The notes under the pieces are model-generated. The model made no database searches. It was given only the letters and a program-made list of their open reading frames with translations, and was not told the origin of the DNA. A stretch of 16,000 bases of DNA from Ferrimonas balearica. GTDB lineage: Bacteria > Pseudomonadota > Gammaproteobacteria > Enterobacterales > Shewanellaceae. Position numbers and translations under genes: made by a program. Every line of letters starts with the position of its first letter. Within the stretch, counting starts at the first letter, position 1. The DNA is taken from contig NZ_JAHVHW010000007.1 of assembly GCF_019802055.1 (NCBI RefSeq), positions 1,001,403-1,017,402 of the forward strand, read 5' to 3'. Of the stretch, positions 6,995 through 14,394 are shown in pieces.

Positions 6995-7803
6995 ACCCGA
7001 CACTGGTGATCGCCCGTAAAGCGTTTCTCGATGGACTGCGCAACCGTTGGTTGTTGAGCCTGAGTGCCAGCTTCTTTGCTCTGTCACTGGTGCTGGCCCT
7101 GTTTGGGTCTGCGGCCAGTGGGCGGTTGGAGATGGGGCCCTGGCAGGATAGCCTGTCTGCGCTGGCCACACTGGCTGCGGTGCTGATCCCGCTCATTGCG
7201 ATTCAGCTCTCCTATGACAGCTTTGTGGGGGAGCGGGAGGACGGCACTTTGTTGCTGATGCTCTCCTACCCCCTGTGTCGGCGTCAGATCCTGTTGGGCA
7301 AGTTCCTTGGGCAGGGCACCATTCTGGCGTTGACGGCCCTGTTGGGGTTTGGGCTGACCGGCCTTATCGTATTTGCCCTCTCCCCCCTGCGTGAAGGGCT
7401 GCTGCTGGGTTATCTGAACTTTATCGTCACTGCGGTACTGCTGGGCTGGGTATTTATTGCTCTGGGCTACTACGTCAGCCTGGGGGCACAGAGCAAGGGG
7501 CGGGCGGCAGCCAAGCTGTTTGCGCTGTGGTTCTTCCTGGTGCTGCTCTATGACCTGGTGCTGCTTGGCCTATTGGTGGGCCAGTGGGGCGGCGTTTGGG
7601 TACGCAGTCTGATACTGCTGAACCCGGTAGACCTGTTCCGCCTGACCAACCTGATTGCCATTGAGCATGTATCGGTGTCCGGTGTGCTGTCTCTGTTCCG
7701 AGATGCGGCCCTGGGCCCCGGTTGGATGGTGGTTGCGATGGTGGGGTGGTTGGTGCTGCTGCTCTGGCGCTGTCAGCGGCGGCTTGCTCGATTAACGCTC
7801 TAA
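6991..7803 (+). CDS. sirM: ABC-2 type permease, NosY-like
   Basis: ATGA start/stop overlap with sirL at 6991-6994. About 6 TM helices. The longer track ORF from 6856 lies inside sirL and is rejected. Confidence 0.85.
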   Translation: MNPTLVIARKAFLDGLRNRWLLSLSASFFALSLVLALFGSAASGRLEMGPWQDSLSALATLAAVLIPLIAIQLSYDSFVGEREDGTLLLMLSYPLCRRQILLGKFLGQGTILALTALLGFGLTGLIVFALSPLREGLLLGYLNFIVTAVLLGWVFIALGYYVSLGAQSKGRAAAKLFALWFFLVLLYDLVLLGLLVGQWGGVWVRSLILLNPVDLFRLTNLIAIEHVSVSGVLSLFRDAALGPGWMVVAMVGWLVLLLWRCQRRLARLTL

Positions 7804-7916
7804 AGTGACCCGGATCCCGAAACGTGCCACAGCGAAGGTTCAGGCCGAACTTTAACAAGGTGAGCTTGGTCATATCCGGCGTAAGCACACTGCTCTAAGA
7901 TAGAGAACAACTTGAA

Positions 7917-8465
7917 ATGGAAGCGAGGTGGCCTTTGAGCAAAACCCTCCTGATTTACGCCAGCCAATTTGGCCAAACCCACAAAATCTGCCAGCGAATT
8001 GCCGAGCATCTTGATGGCAGCGGCGAGACAGTGGAGATGAGGCCATTGAGCGAGGCCCCTCAATCCCTGGATGGGTACGACAAGGTGTTGCTGGCCTGCA
8101 GCATCTACCACGGCAAGTATCGCCCTGAGCTGTACCAGTGGATTGTTGATCATCAAGCGGAGTTGGACGCACGCCCCAACGCCTTCTTCTCCGTCAACCT
8201 GGTGGCGCGTAAACCCCACAAGAACACCCCGGATACCAATCCGTACGTGAAGCAGTTTTTGCAGAAGACCCCGTGGCAACCCAAATTGCTGGGCGTCTTT
8301 GGTGGGGTGATCAACTACCAGCGCTACAACTGGTTTGATCGCAACATCATCCGCTTCATCATGTGGCTGACCAAAGGGCCAACGGATCCCAACAGCCACA
8401 TCGAGTACACCCAGTGGGACCGGGTAGACCAGTTTGCTAACGACTTCGCAGGATTGCGTCCATGA
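7917..8465 (+). CDS. hemG: Menaquinone-dependent protoporphyrinogen IX dehydrogenase (flavodoxin-like HemG)
   Basis: Collinear by eye with E. coli HemG (KTLLIYASQFGQT.., FFSVNLVARKPHKNTPDTNPYVKQFL, YQRYNWFDRNIIRFIM, YTQWDRVDQFA). An alternative start at TTG 7935 just after GAGGTGG would give an MSKTLLIY N-terminus matching E. coli. Confidence 0.9.
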   Translation: MEARWPLSKTLLIYASQFGQTHKICQRIAEHLDGSGETVEMRPLSEAPQSLDGYDKVLLACSIYHGKYRPELYQWIVDHQAELDARPNAFFSVNLVARKPHKNTPDTNPYVKQFLQKTPWQPKLLGVFGGVINYQRYNWFDRNIIRFIMWLTKGPTDPNSHIEYTQWDRVDQFANDFAGLRP

Positions 8466-8968
8466 ATAAGATTGAGCCCTGGCTACACCGGCTGGCGATC
8501 GTAGGGGTTATCTGGCTGTTTGCCACCGCAGATTGGGTGCGGATGGCCAATCGGATCCCCGTGTCGGCGACCGTTTGGGACTGGGCTCATATCGTGATAG
8601 GTGTCTTGACGACTCTGGTTGGGGCCGCCTTTCTTCGCCACTGCTGTCGTCACGGCCAGTGGCGTCAGTACTTTCCCTATCTGGTTGGTGATCTGAAGCC
8701 GACGTTGTCGGATCTGGCGGGTCTGTTCAGAGGACGTCTGCCTCGTGCCGGAGGCAGTGGTCTGCTGGCCTTTATCGAAGGGCTGGGTCTGCTTCTGCTG
8801 CTGGCGGTGGGCATTACCGGAATTGGCTGGTTGTTGACCCAGGGCAGCAGTGATGCCTTCTTCTGGCGCAAACAGCATCTGTTTGCCGCTTCGGGCTTGC
8901 TGGGTTTCCTGGTGGTTCACGCTGTGGCCGCACTGATCTCGGTTGTGGATCTGATCAGGGACGCCTGA
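8462..8968 (+). CDS. Four-TM cytochrome b561-family (CybB / Ni-hydrogenase b-type cytochrome-like) membrane protein
   Basis: ATGA overlap with the hemG stop (8462-8465). It has four hydrophobic helices. His9 (TM1), His43 (TM2) and His139/His153 (TM4) are candidate haem ligands. The TM4 H-x13-H spacing matches what I recall for E. coli CybB (WHETLANLGYFVIGLH). Confidence 0.65.
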   Translation: MNKIEPWLHRLAIVGVIWLFATADWVRMANRIPVSATVWDWAHIVIGVLTTLVGAAFLRHCCRHGQWRQYFPYLVGDLKPTLSDLAGLFRGRLPRAGGSGLLAFIEGLGLLLLLAVGITGIGWLLTQGSSDAFFWRKQHLFAASGLLGFLVVHAVAALISVVDLIRDA

Positions 8969-8989
8969 GTCCGTCTTTATGCCGATGTT

Positions 8990-9022
8990 AATGCCGGGCT
9001 CTGTCCCGGCATTTTGGGTTTT
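8990..9022 (+). terminator. Rho-independent terminator of the hemG-cytochrome b unit
   Basis: AATGCCGGG (8990-8998) pairs with CCCGGCATT (9005-9013) around a 6-nt loop, followed by TTGGGTTTT. Confidence 0.75.
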
Positions 9023-9112
9023 AACGGCATGTAAAAATTCGCAAAACACGTTGAGAGTGAGACTTATTGTTCCTTAGACTCGCCGTGATCCAAGTCATAA
9101 GAGAGGGACATT

Positions 9113-9496
9113 ATGCGAATTCAGGCTCTGTTGTTGAGTGCCACTCTGGGCCTCGGGGGCTGCTTTGGTGCACCGGAATCGGCTCCCGAAGGGGCCATTG
9201 ACCTACAGCAAACCATGAAAGCGATGGGACGGGAGTGGAAAGCGATCAACGGCAGTGAGGACCCCTTGGTGGTGGCCAACCACCTGGCGACGCTTCACCA
9301 ACTGGCCAGTGACGCCAGCCGTGCCATGGTGCGAAAAGGCGCTCAACCTGAGTATGAAGCGGCGATGAACGAATTTCTGGAAGCGGTAACCCAGGTGCAG
9401 GCCGCCATGGCCTCGGGTGAGGTGGAAGACCTGACGTCGCAACTGGAAGCCCTGGACGCTTTGCGAAAACAGCACCATAGAAGCTTTAAGCCCTGA
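9113..9496 (+). CDS. Cytochrome b562-like four-helix-bundle protein, probably a lipoprotein
   Basis: Signal peptide with a lipobox-like [14 protein letters not shown] aligns with E. coli b562 ADLEDNMETL (the Met haem ligand). C-terminal [11 protein letters not shown] aligns with TRNAYHQKYR (the His ligand). Size and helical character fit. The E. coli sequence is from memory. Confidence 0.6.
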   Translation: MRIQALLLSATLGLGGCFGAPESAPEGAIDLQQTMKAMGREWKAINGSEDPLVVANHLATLHQLASDASRAMVRKGAQPEYEAAMNEFLEAVTQVQAAMASGEVEDLTSQLEALDALRKQHHRSFKP

Positions 9497-9594
9497 TCTC
9501 TGACGAAAGGGCCCGTTCGGCTTACTGGAGAGATCACCCTTTATGGGTCAGTGTGTTAGAGTTTCACCCATCATCTACATTGTGGAGTGTCATC

Positions 9595-10068
9595 GTGTCC
9601 AAGATTGTTCTTATCGTCATCGTCCTGGCTCTGGTGGGCCTGTTTCTGCAGCGCTCCATCGCCAATAAGAAGGTGGCATCTGAGAACGCGGGAGTTGGAT
9701 CTGCCTTTCTGGCAGAGAACGCGAAGCAGGAGGGAGTAGAGACCACCGCTTCCGGCCTGCAGTATCAGGTACTGGTAAAAGGGGAGGGCACGGAGCACCC
9801 CGGGCCGACCTCCAAAGTCAAAGTGCACTATCACGGCACTCTGATTGACGGCACCGTCTTTGACAGCTCAGTTGAACGTGGTGAGCCGATCAGCTTTGGC
9901 CTGAACCAGGTGATCAAGGGCTGGACCGAAGGTTTGCAGTTGATGAGCGTGGGTGACAAATACCGCCTCTTTATCCCGGCTGAGCTTGGCTACGGCAATC
10001 GTGGTGTCGGTGCCATTCCTGCAGGCTCGGTACTGATCTTTGATGTGGAACTGCTTGGCGTCAATTGA
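9595..10068 (+). CDS. Membrane-anchored canonical FKBP-type peptidyl-prolyl isomerase
   Basis: GTG 9595 lies 7 nt after GGAG and gives an N-terminal TM anchor ([17 protein letters not shown]). The FKBP signature is complete ([42 protein letters not shown]). The track start at GTG 9553 is the alternative. Confidence 0.85.
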   Translation: MSKIVLIVIVLALVGLFLQRSIANKKVASENAGVGSAFLAENAKQEGVETTASGLQYQVLVKGEGTEHPGPTSKVKVHYHGTLIDGTVFDSSVERGEPISFGLNQVIKGWTEGLQLMSVGDKYRLFIPAELGYGNRGVGAIPAGSVLIFDVELLGVN

Positions 10069-10085
10069 TCGTTAATTTCCGAAAG

Positions 10086-10114
10086 AAGGAGGCTAAAGCC
10101 TCCTTTTTTATTTT
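10086..10114 (+). terminator. Rho-independent terminator after the FKBP gene
   Basis: AAGGAGGC (10086-10093) and GCCTCCTT (10098-10105) flank a TAAA loop, followed by TTTTATTTT. Confidence 0.85.
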
Positions 10115-10128
10115 CGATTACTCAAACA

Positions 10129-10155
10129 TATTTAATGTTTAGAAGACATTAAATA
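10129..10155. repeat. Perfect 10-bp AT-rich inverted repeat with a 7-nt spacer
   Basis: TATTTAATGT (10129-10138) and ACATTAAATA (10146-10155). Confidence 0.8.
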
Positions 10156-10304
10156 GTTAAAGCCAACATACACTGAAAATACAAAATGGCGAGGTTAATG
10201 ACTTGGGTTTTTTATTTGAGCAACTACAATAAAATTGACTCTCCCAAAGGGTCTTTGTCGTTAAGCTAGATGTAACAAACTGCAACTCTCCTATATGCAG
10301 TAAT

Positions 10305-10313
10305 TGGTAATAT
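10305..10313 (+). promoter_or_regulatory. Candidate extended -10 promoter element TGgTAATAT
   Basis: TG at 10305-10306, one spacer base, then TAATAT (5/6 match to TATAAT). No good -35. It lies about 95 nt upstream of an orphan intrinsic terminator. A second candidate is TTGGGT (10203-10208), a 16-nt spacer, then TACAAT (10225-10230). Confidence 0.25.
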
Positions 10314-10319
10314 ACAGGA

Positions 10320-10409
10320 ATGGTGGGATATGGAAGTACCCCTGCACTGTTATACCCAACCCTCCTAGTCAAAGAGCCAAGGGGCACCGGATTGGTGTCC
10401 CGTTTTTTT
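10320..10409 (+). ncRNA. Candidate small RNA of about 90 nt if started from the extended -10, or about 170 nt from the upstream candidate
   Basis: There is no credible ORF here. A 5' hairpin forms from GGTGGGATA (10322-10330) and TATaCCCaACC (10351-10361), 9 bp with two single-A bulges. An unpaired CCCTCCTAGTCAAAGAGCC segment follows, then a strong terminator with a T7 run. The 5' end is not determined. Confidence 0.3.
10381..10409 (+). terminator. Orphan Rho-independent terminator with no coding gene upstream of it
   Basis: GGGGCACC (10381-10388) pairs with GGTGTCCC (10394-10401), 8 bp including one G-U, around a GGATT loop, followed by G then T7 (10403-10409). It is + strand specific because no T run lies on the other side. 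Confidence 0.75.
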
Positions 10410-10533
10410 ATCCTGAAACCGCGGATCCCTGCACACTCAATGCTTGTCCGACAGTCATCCTAACTCCCTTTATTCAGATGGTTGATACAGGTTAATCTTC
10501 GTTAAAGCCTATTTACTCTTTCGGTGCAAGTAC

Positions 10534-10971
10534 ATGTATCAGGTCACCTACTCTCTATCTGGACGAGTCAAACGAAAACGGTACCAGTCTGAAACCGCGG
10601 CGAAACGCAGTATTGTTCGGTGGCTTGAGAATATGGGCCGTCAGGTAGGGGGACATGCCATACTTTATGCCCCCGGAGAAGCCCCAGCGATATTTCGGGC
10701 TGCTGATGAGGTGACCGGAATTCCAACCGCCAGAGCACCGGACTTTTATCAAAGCCAGCAGTGGTTGCGATTGCGCTATGAAGCATTGCAGAAGCACGGC
10801 AACTACTGCGCTTGTTGTGGCGCCCAGGGCGGGGCCGAGGTTCAACTGCATGTCGACCATATCAAGCCGCGCTCCACCCATCCTGAACTGGCACTCTGTC
10901 TTGAAAATCTACAGGTCCTTTGTGCCGCTTGTAATCGTGGCAAATCCAATCGTTCCTCCACCCGATGGTGA
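10534..10971 (+). CDS. Small stand-alone HNH (HNN-variant) endonuclease with an uncharacterised basic N-terminal domain
   Basis: The C-terminal half carries the full motif: C92xxC95, LHVDHIKPRS, N125 in ENLQVLC, and C130xxC133-N-RGK. The N-terminal ~75 aa (GRVKRKRYQ..) match nothing I recognise. The SD is weak (GGTG). Confidence 0.8.
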   Translation: MYQVTYSLSGRVKRKRYQSETAAKRSIVRWLENMGRQVGGHAILYAPGEAPAIFRAADEVTGIPTARAPDFYQSQQWLRLRYEALQKHGNYCACCGAQGGAEVQLHVDHIKPRSTHPELALCLENLQVLCAACNRGKSNRSSTRW

Positions 10972-11187
10972 ACGCCCTGAACTGATCAGGTCTGCTGAGT
11001 GCGCCGATGTGGAAGATAGGGTTCATGAACGAGCGAAAATCCGCTATGTCACATGTGGTAAAACGTCACGCTCTGGTTGAAAAGGGGCAGGATTGAACCT
11101 CGATCACAGAGGTGGCGGGGACGAAATTGAAGGCCATTGTCCGATCGGCTATGGTGGGACCTGTTGTTGAATCGCTGCAGGTAACCG

Positions 11188-12039
11188 ATGGAAAACGCTC
11201 AAATAGTCTTCACCTTTTTGCTGGAAAATAAGCTGCTACTGAGCGCTCTTTTGGTCTTCGTTATCCTGCTGGTCCGTCGCCTGGTGTTGTCCGCGATTCG
11301 TGGTGACGCGATGTTTCTGTCAGAGGGGCAGCGCACGTGGATCTCTTTGACGAAAAACGGCGCCTTTACGATCCTTGTGCTCAGTATCTTCTTGATCTGG
11401 AAGTCGGAAATCAGTGAGTTTGCCCTGTCGGTAACCGCTATTGCAGTGGCGGTTGTGGTGGCCTCCAAAGAGATCATCCTCTGCTTCACCGGCTCAATTC
11501 AACGGGCCAGCTCCCGCTCCTTTCGTATTGGCGATTGGATTGAAGTCGGCAAGATCAGTGGTGAGGTGATTGAGCATAATCTGATGGCGACGGTGATCCA
11601 GGAGATCGATCTCCACCATGGGCAGTATCACTTCACCGGGAAAACCATCACACTGCCCAATAGCATGTTTTTTACCTATCCGGTGAAAAACCTCAATTTT
11701 ATGAAGCGTTATGTCTACCACAACTTCTCCATCGTGGTGCCGGGCTTCAACAACCTGTACCCGCTGGTGCCCGCCTTGATTGAAAAGATTGAGCATCACT
11801 GTGAGGAGTTTATTGAGGTGGCACGGCGCTATAACGGCGTGATTGAGAAACACGCCGGTGTGGACCTGCCGGGACCGGATCCTCATATCCATATCACCAG
11901 CGGTGCCACTGGCGAGCAGATTGTCCATATCATGCTGTTCTGCCCCACAGAACAGGCGACCCATCTTGAACAGCATGTCCGTTCCGACTTTATGAGCGCG
12001 TACCACCTGGCATACCCTGAACCCTCTACTGCTGCGTAA
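11188..12039 (+). CDS. MscS-family small-conductance mechanosensitive channel
   Basis: Three N-terminal TM helices, then the MscS beta-domain signature (FRIGDWIEVGKISGEVIEHNLMATVIQEID..GKTITLPNS). Confidence 0.85.
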   Translation: MENAQIVFTFLLENKLLLSALLVFVILLVRRLVLSAIRGDAMFLSEGQRTWISLTKNGAFTILVLSIFLIWKSEISEFALSVTAIAVAVVVASKEIILCFTGSIQRASSRSFRIGDWIEVGKISGEVIEHNLMATVIQEIDLHHGQYHFTGKTITLPNSMFFTYPVKNLNFMKRYVYHNFSIVVPGFNNLYPLVPALIEKIEHHCEEFIEVARRYNGVIEKHAGVDLPGPDPHIHITSGATGEQIVHIMLFCPTEQATHLEQHVRSDFMSAYHLAYPEPSTAA

Positions 12040-12063
12040 AAAAAAGCCCCGCAAGTGCGGGGC
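12038..12063 (-). terminator. Rho-independent terminator of the chemoreceptor gene, lying between convergent genes
   Basis: GCCCCGC (12046-12052) and GCGGGGC (12057-12063) flank an AAGT loop. The A8 run at 12038-12045 becomes a U8 tract on the - strand. On the + strand no U-tract follows the hairpin. Confidence 0.8.
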
Positions 12064-12086
12064 AAATCGGTCGGCTCCGAGGAAAA

Positions 12087-14078
12087 CTAAGGGGTGATGC
12101 GATAGCGCTTCACTTGTTGATTCAGGGCGGAAACGGCCTTCAGCATTTGGCTGACGGTGTGTTGGGTTTCATCTACCTTGGCGATGGTTTGGTCTGAGAG
12201 TTGAGTGACCGTGATGACATTGCCGTTGATCTCATTGACCACCACCGATTGCTGCTCCGAAGCCGTCGCGGTTTGTGCAATCAAGGTATTCAAGCGGCTG
12301 ATGCCACTGAACAGGCTGTTGATCCGGTCGTTGTTTTCATTGATCTGTCCCGCCGCTTCCTGGGTCAGAGTGCGGCTGTTGCTCATGGCCGCGTGCGCTT
12401 GTTCGCTGCCCTGAAGCAGAGACGAAATCAACTGGTTGATCTCCTCCGTCGCCTCCGATGTGCGCTTGGCGAGGTTGCGCACCTCCTCGGCGACCACGGC
12501 GAATCCGCGGCCCTGCTCACCAGCGCGGGCGGCCTCAATGGCGGCGTTTAACGCCAACAGATTGGTCTGCTCGGCGATCCCCTCAATGGCAGAGAGAATG
12601 CCCTGGATCTGAGTGGTGCTGTCGACCAGAACCTGCACCCGCTCGAAACTCTGGGTTAACTCCTGCTCCATGTCGGCCATGGTCTCCTGCAGCAGCGACA
12701 GCTGACTTTGGCTGGTTAGGCAGAGCTGCTCAACACAGTCGGTCTCTTTCGAGGCAGACTGCATGGATGAGGCAATGGAGTGGCTGGCCAGATGCATCTC
12801 TTTTATTGCCGCTGCGATACATTCGGTTTGTTCATGTTGCTGCGTGGCTTGCTTCTGCGCCGTTGCCGAGGCTTGGGTGATGGCATCCAATTGAGCCAGG
12901 CTGGCGTCCATCTGCTCCCGGGTATGGATAAACTGCTGTTGCATCTGACCCATATGGCTATCCAGTGCCTGAGCGATCTCCCCAAGCTCATTTGAGGCGT
13001 GCTGGTTCACCCTGATGGTCAAATCATGCTCAACGCTGACCTGCTTGAGGGCATCCTGAATGTCCCGAACTTGCGAGATGGTCAGGCGGTTGAAACGCCT
13101 CACCAGTGCCAGCGTGATGATAATAAGCAGGCCCAGAGAAGAGGTGCCGATAATCATGCGCAGCTCAGCGTCACGCACCTCCTGTTTGGCGATCGCCTCA
13201 CTCTCTCTATCCAGCTGGATCACCAGCTCCTTCATATCGTTGATGCGTTGCGATGCCAATTCAAACCAATTGGCCGGCCCACTGACCTTGTCCAGACTTT
13301 GTTGGCTGGTAAAGCTCTGCAGGGTCTGCCTGACCTGTTGCCAGTGGGGCAGGCGCTTCAACTGTGCCATGGTGTCGCTCCAGCGAGCGGGCGCGAGTCT
13401 GGCAAATTCCTGCAACTGCTTTTGCTCGAAGTCGTAGTAACGAACCACCTTGCTGTGCTGAACAGTGGTGCTGCTACCCCTGGCAAAGAGTCCATTGAGC
13501 ATGCCGCGATATTGACCTGCACGCTCCTTGGCCATCATCAAGTGCCAGCTTGCTCTGAGCTGATGTCGCAGCTCAGTGTTGTGCATGGTGAGAATCAAGC
13601 GGTTGACGCTTTCCAGTGCATCCTGATTCAACGCGGAGTAGTAGCCGAATGCCGATTGCCCCTCTCTCATATCGACTGACTGGCGGATAGCGGCTTTCTG
13701 ACTTAATGCTTCGCCGACTTCAGCCAGAAGTTGCTCTATCTGATGGGTGTTCAGTGCGGGGTAAGCGTTGAGATCGAGACTGAGAAGCGCGTCGGCGGCG
13801 GCATCGGCGTTGGTCCTTTGCTTATCCATCGCCAGGCGGCTTTCTGGTGTTGGTGCGCCCAGAAAGCCCGCGGTCAGTCCGCGCTCTACCGCATGTTGAT
13901 GAGCCACTTCGTCCAGCAATGCCATCAGCACCAGCCTTTCCTCATCGCGCTGTGCATGCTGCTTCTCTTCGTGGAGATGCGTAAACAGGAAGTAGATCAT
14001 GATGAGACAGGTGGCCAGGGGCAGGAGAGAGATCAGCCCGAACGCCTGTGTCAGCTTGATTTGGTTAAAGTGGTTCAT
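12087..14078 (-). CDS. Methyl-accepting chemotaxis protein with a periplasmic NIT (nitrate/nitrite-sensing type) domain
   Basis: TM1, then a NIT-type signature ([15 protein letters not shown]), TM2 ([19 protein letters not shown]), a HAMP domain, and the conserved MCP signalling hairpin ([38 protein letters not shown]). RBS AAGGA lies 7 nt upstream. Confidence 0.9.
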   Translation of the reverse strand: MNHFNQIKLTQAFGLISLLPLATCLIMIYFLFTHLHEEKQHAQRDEERLVLMALLDEVAHQHAVERGLTAGFLGAPTPESRLAMDKQRTNADAAADALLSLDLNAYPALNTHQIEQLLAEVGEALSQKAAIRQSVDMREGQSAFGYYSALNQDALESVNRLILTMHNTELRHQLRASWHLMMAKERAGQYRGMLNGLFARGSSTTVQHSKVVRYYDFEQKQLQEFARLAPARWSDTMAQLKRLPHWQQVRQTLQSFTSQQSLDKVSGPANWFELASQRINDMKELVIQLDRESEAIAKQEVRDAELRMIIGTSSLGLLIIITLALVRRFNRLTISQVRDIQDALKQVSVEHDLTIRVNQHASNELGEIAQALDSHMGQMQQQFIHTREQMDASLAQLDAITQASATAQKQATQQHEQTECIAAAIKEMHLASHSIASSMQSASKETDCVEQLCLTSQSQLSLLQETMADMEQELTQSFERVQVLVDSTTQIQGILSAIEGIAEQTNLLALNAAIEAARAGEQGRGFAVVAEEVRNLAKRTSEATEEINQLISSLLQGSEQAHAAMSNSRTLTQEAAGQINENNDRINSLFSGISRLNTLIAQTATASEQQSVVVNEINGNVITVTQLSDQTIAKVDETQHTVSQMLKAVSALNQQVKRYRITP

Positions 14079-14365
14079 CGTGCATTCCTTGGTTTAGCCG
14101 ACATGCTCTGCGACAGCTATCCATGCCGCTTTTCGCCCCCAACACCCAGGGATAACAGTGAGTTACCAGAGGCATAAGGCTGCAAGTCAGGCGTCACACT
14201 AACAATGGAAACCGGGCAAGGAAATGCGTGGGACGGACCAAGGTGTAAGGTGAGTGTAATTACTCTAATTGTGTCATTTCACCGGTTTGGCACATCTGAC
14301 TAGAGTTTGAGCTCCAATGTTTTACATGTGCTGATATTGGATTCTATTCAGTGAGTTACTTCTGA

Positions 14366-14394
14366 CTTTTATGCTCCGCGTAAAGCAGGTTCAA
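14366..14394 (-). promoter_or_regulatory. Weak candidate sigma70 promoter for the chemoreceptor gene
   Basis: On the - strand: TTGAAC (14394-14389), a 17-nt spacer, then TAAAAG (14371-14366). It would give a leader of about 280 nt. It rests on the sequence match alone. Confidence 0.2.

Noticed and set aside
7800-8399. A 199-aa - strand ORF opposite hemG
   Set aside because: hemG on the + strand is collinear with E. coli HemG, and the antisense ORF has no features of its own.
9553-9594. An upstream GTG start for the second FKBP gene
   Set aside because: No SD precedes 9553, whereas GGAG precedes GTG 9595 at 7 nt and yields a clean N-terminal TM anchor. It is kept only as an alternative.
10157-10495. 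ORFs inside the AT-rich island (76 aa on the - strand at 10157-10387; 63 aa on the + strand at 10304-10495; a 27-codon + ORF at 10186-10269)
   Set aside because: None has an SD and the sequences are odd. The 63-aa ORF reads straight through the intrinsic terminator hairpin and T7 run. The 27-aa peptide is not hydrophobic enough to look like a type I toxin.
10115-10971. The idea that this is an IscB/IshB-like RNA-guided HNH nuclease with its upstream omega/HEARO RNA
   Set aside because: The protein has only 145 aa, with no RuvC segments and no PLMP-type N-terminal motif. A terminator separates the candidate RNA from the gene, and I could not recognise HEARO-like structure. It remains only a remote analogy.
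10320-11159. A 9-nt direct repeat ATGGTGGGA (10320-10328 and 11151-11159) as possible att/target-site duplication flanking the HNH gene
   Set aside because: A single shared 9-mer between two regions of a few hundred nt is expected by chance at appreciable frequency. The left copy is not at the compositional boundary of the island.
12999-13679. + strand ORFs of 226 aa and 125 aa opposite the chemoreceptor gene
   Set aside because: They are antisense to a gene with the unmistakable MCP signalling domain, and have no independent support.
14277-14291. A c-di-GMP (GEMM-I) riboswitch upstream of the chemoreceptor
   Set aside because: Only GCCAAACCGGTGAAA on the - strand resembles the GGCAAACC..GAAA part of the motif. 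The ACGCAAAGC element and the second helix are absent.
14287-14302. A sigma54 -24-like TGGCAC on the + strand
   Set aside because: The -12 position reads ACTA instead of TTGC, and the element points into the 3' end of the kef gene, so it has nothing to drive.
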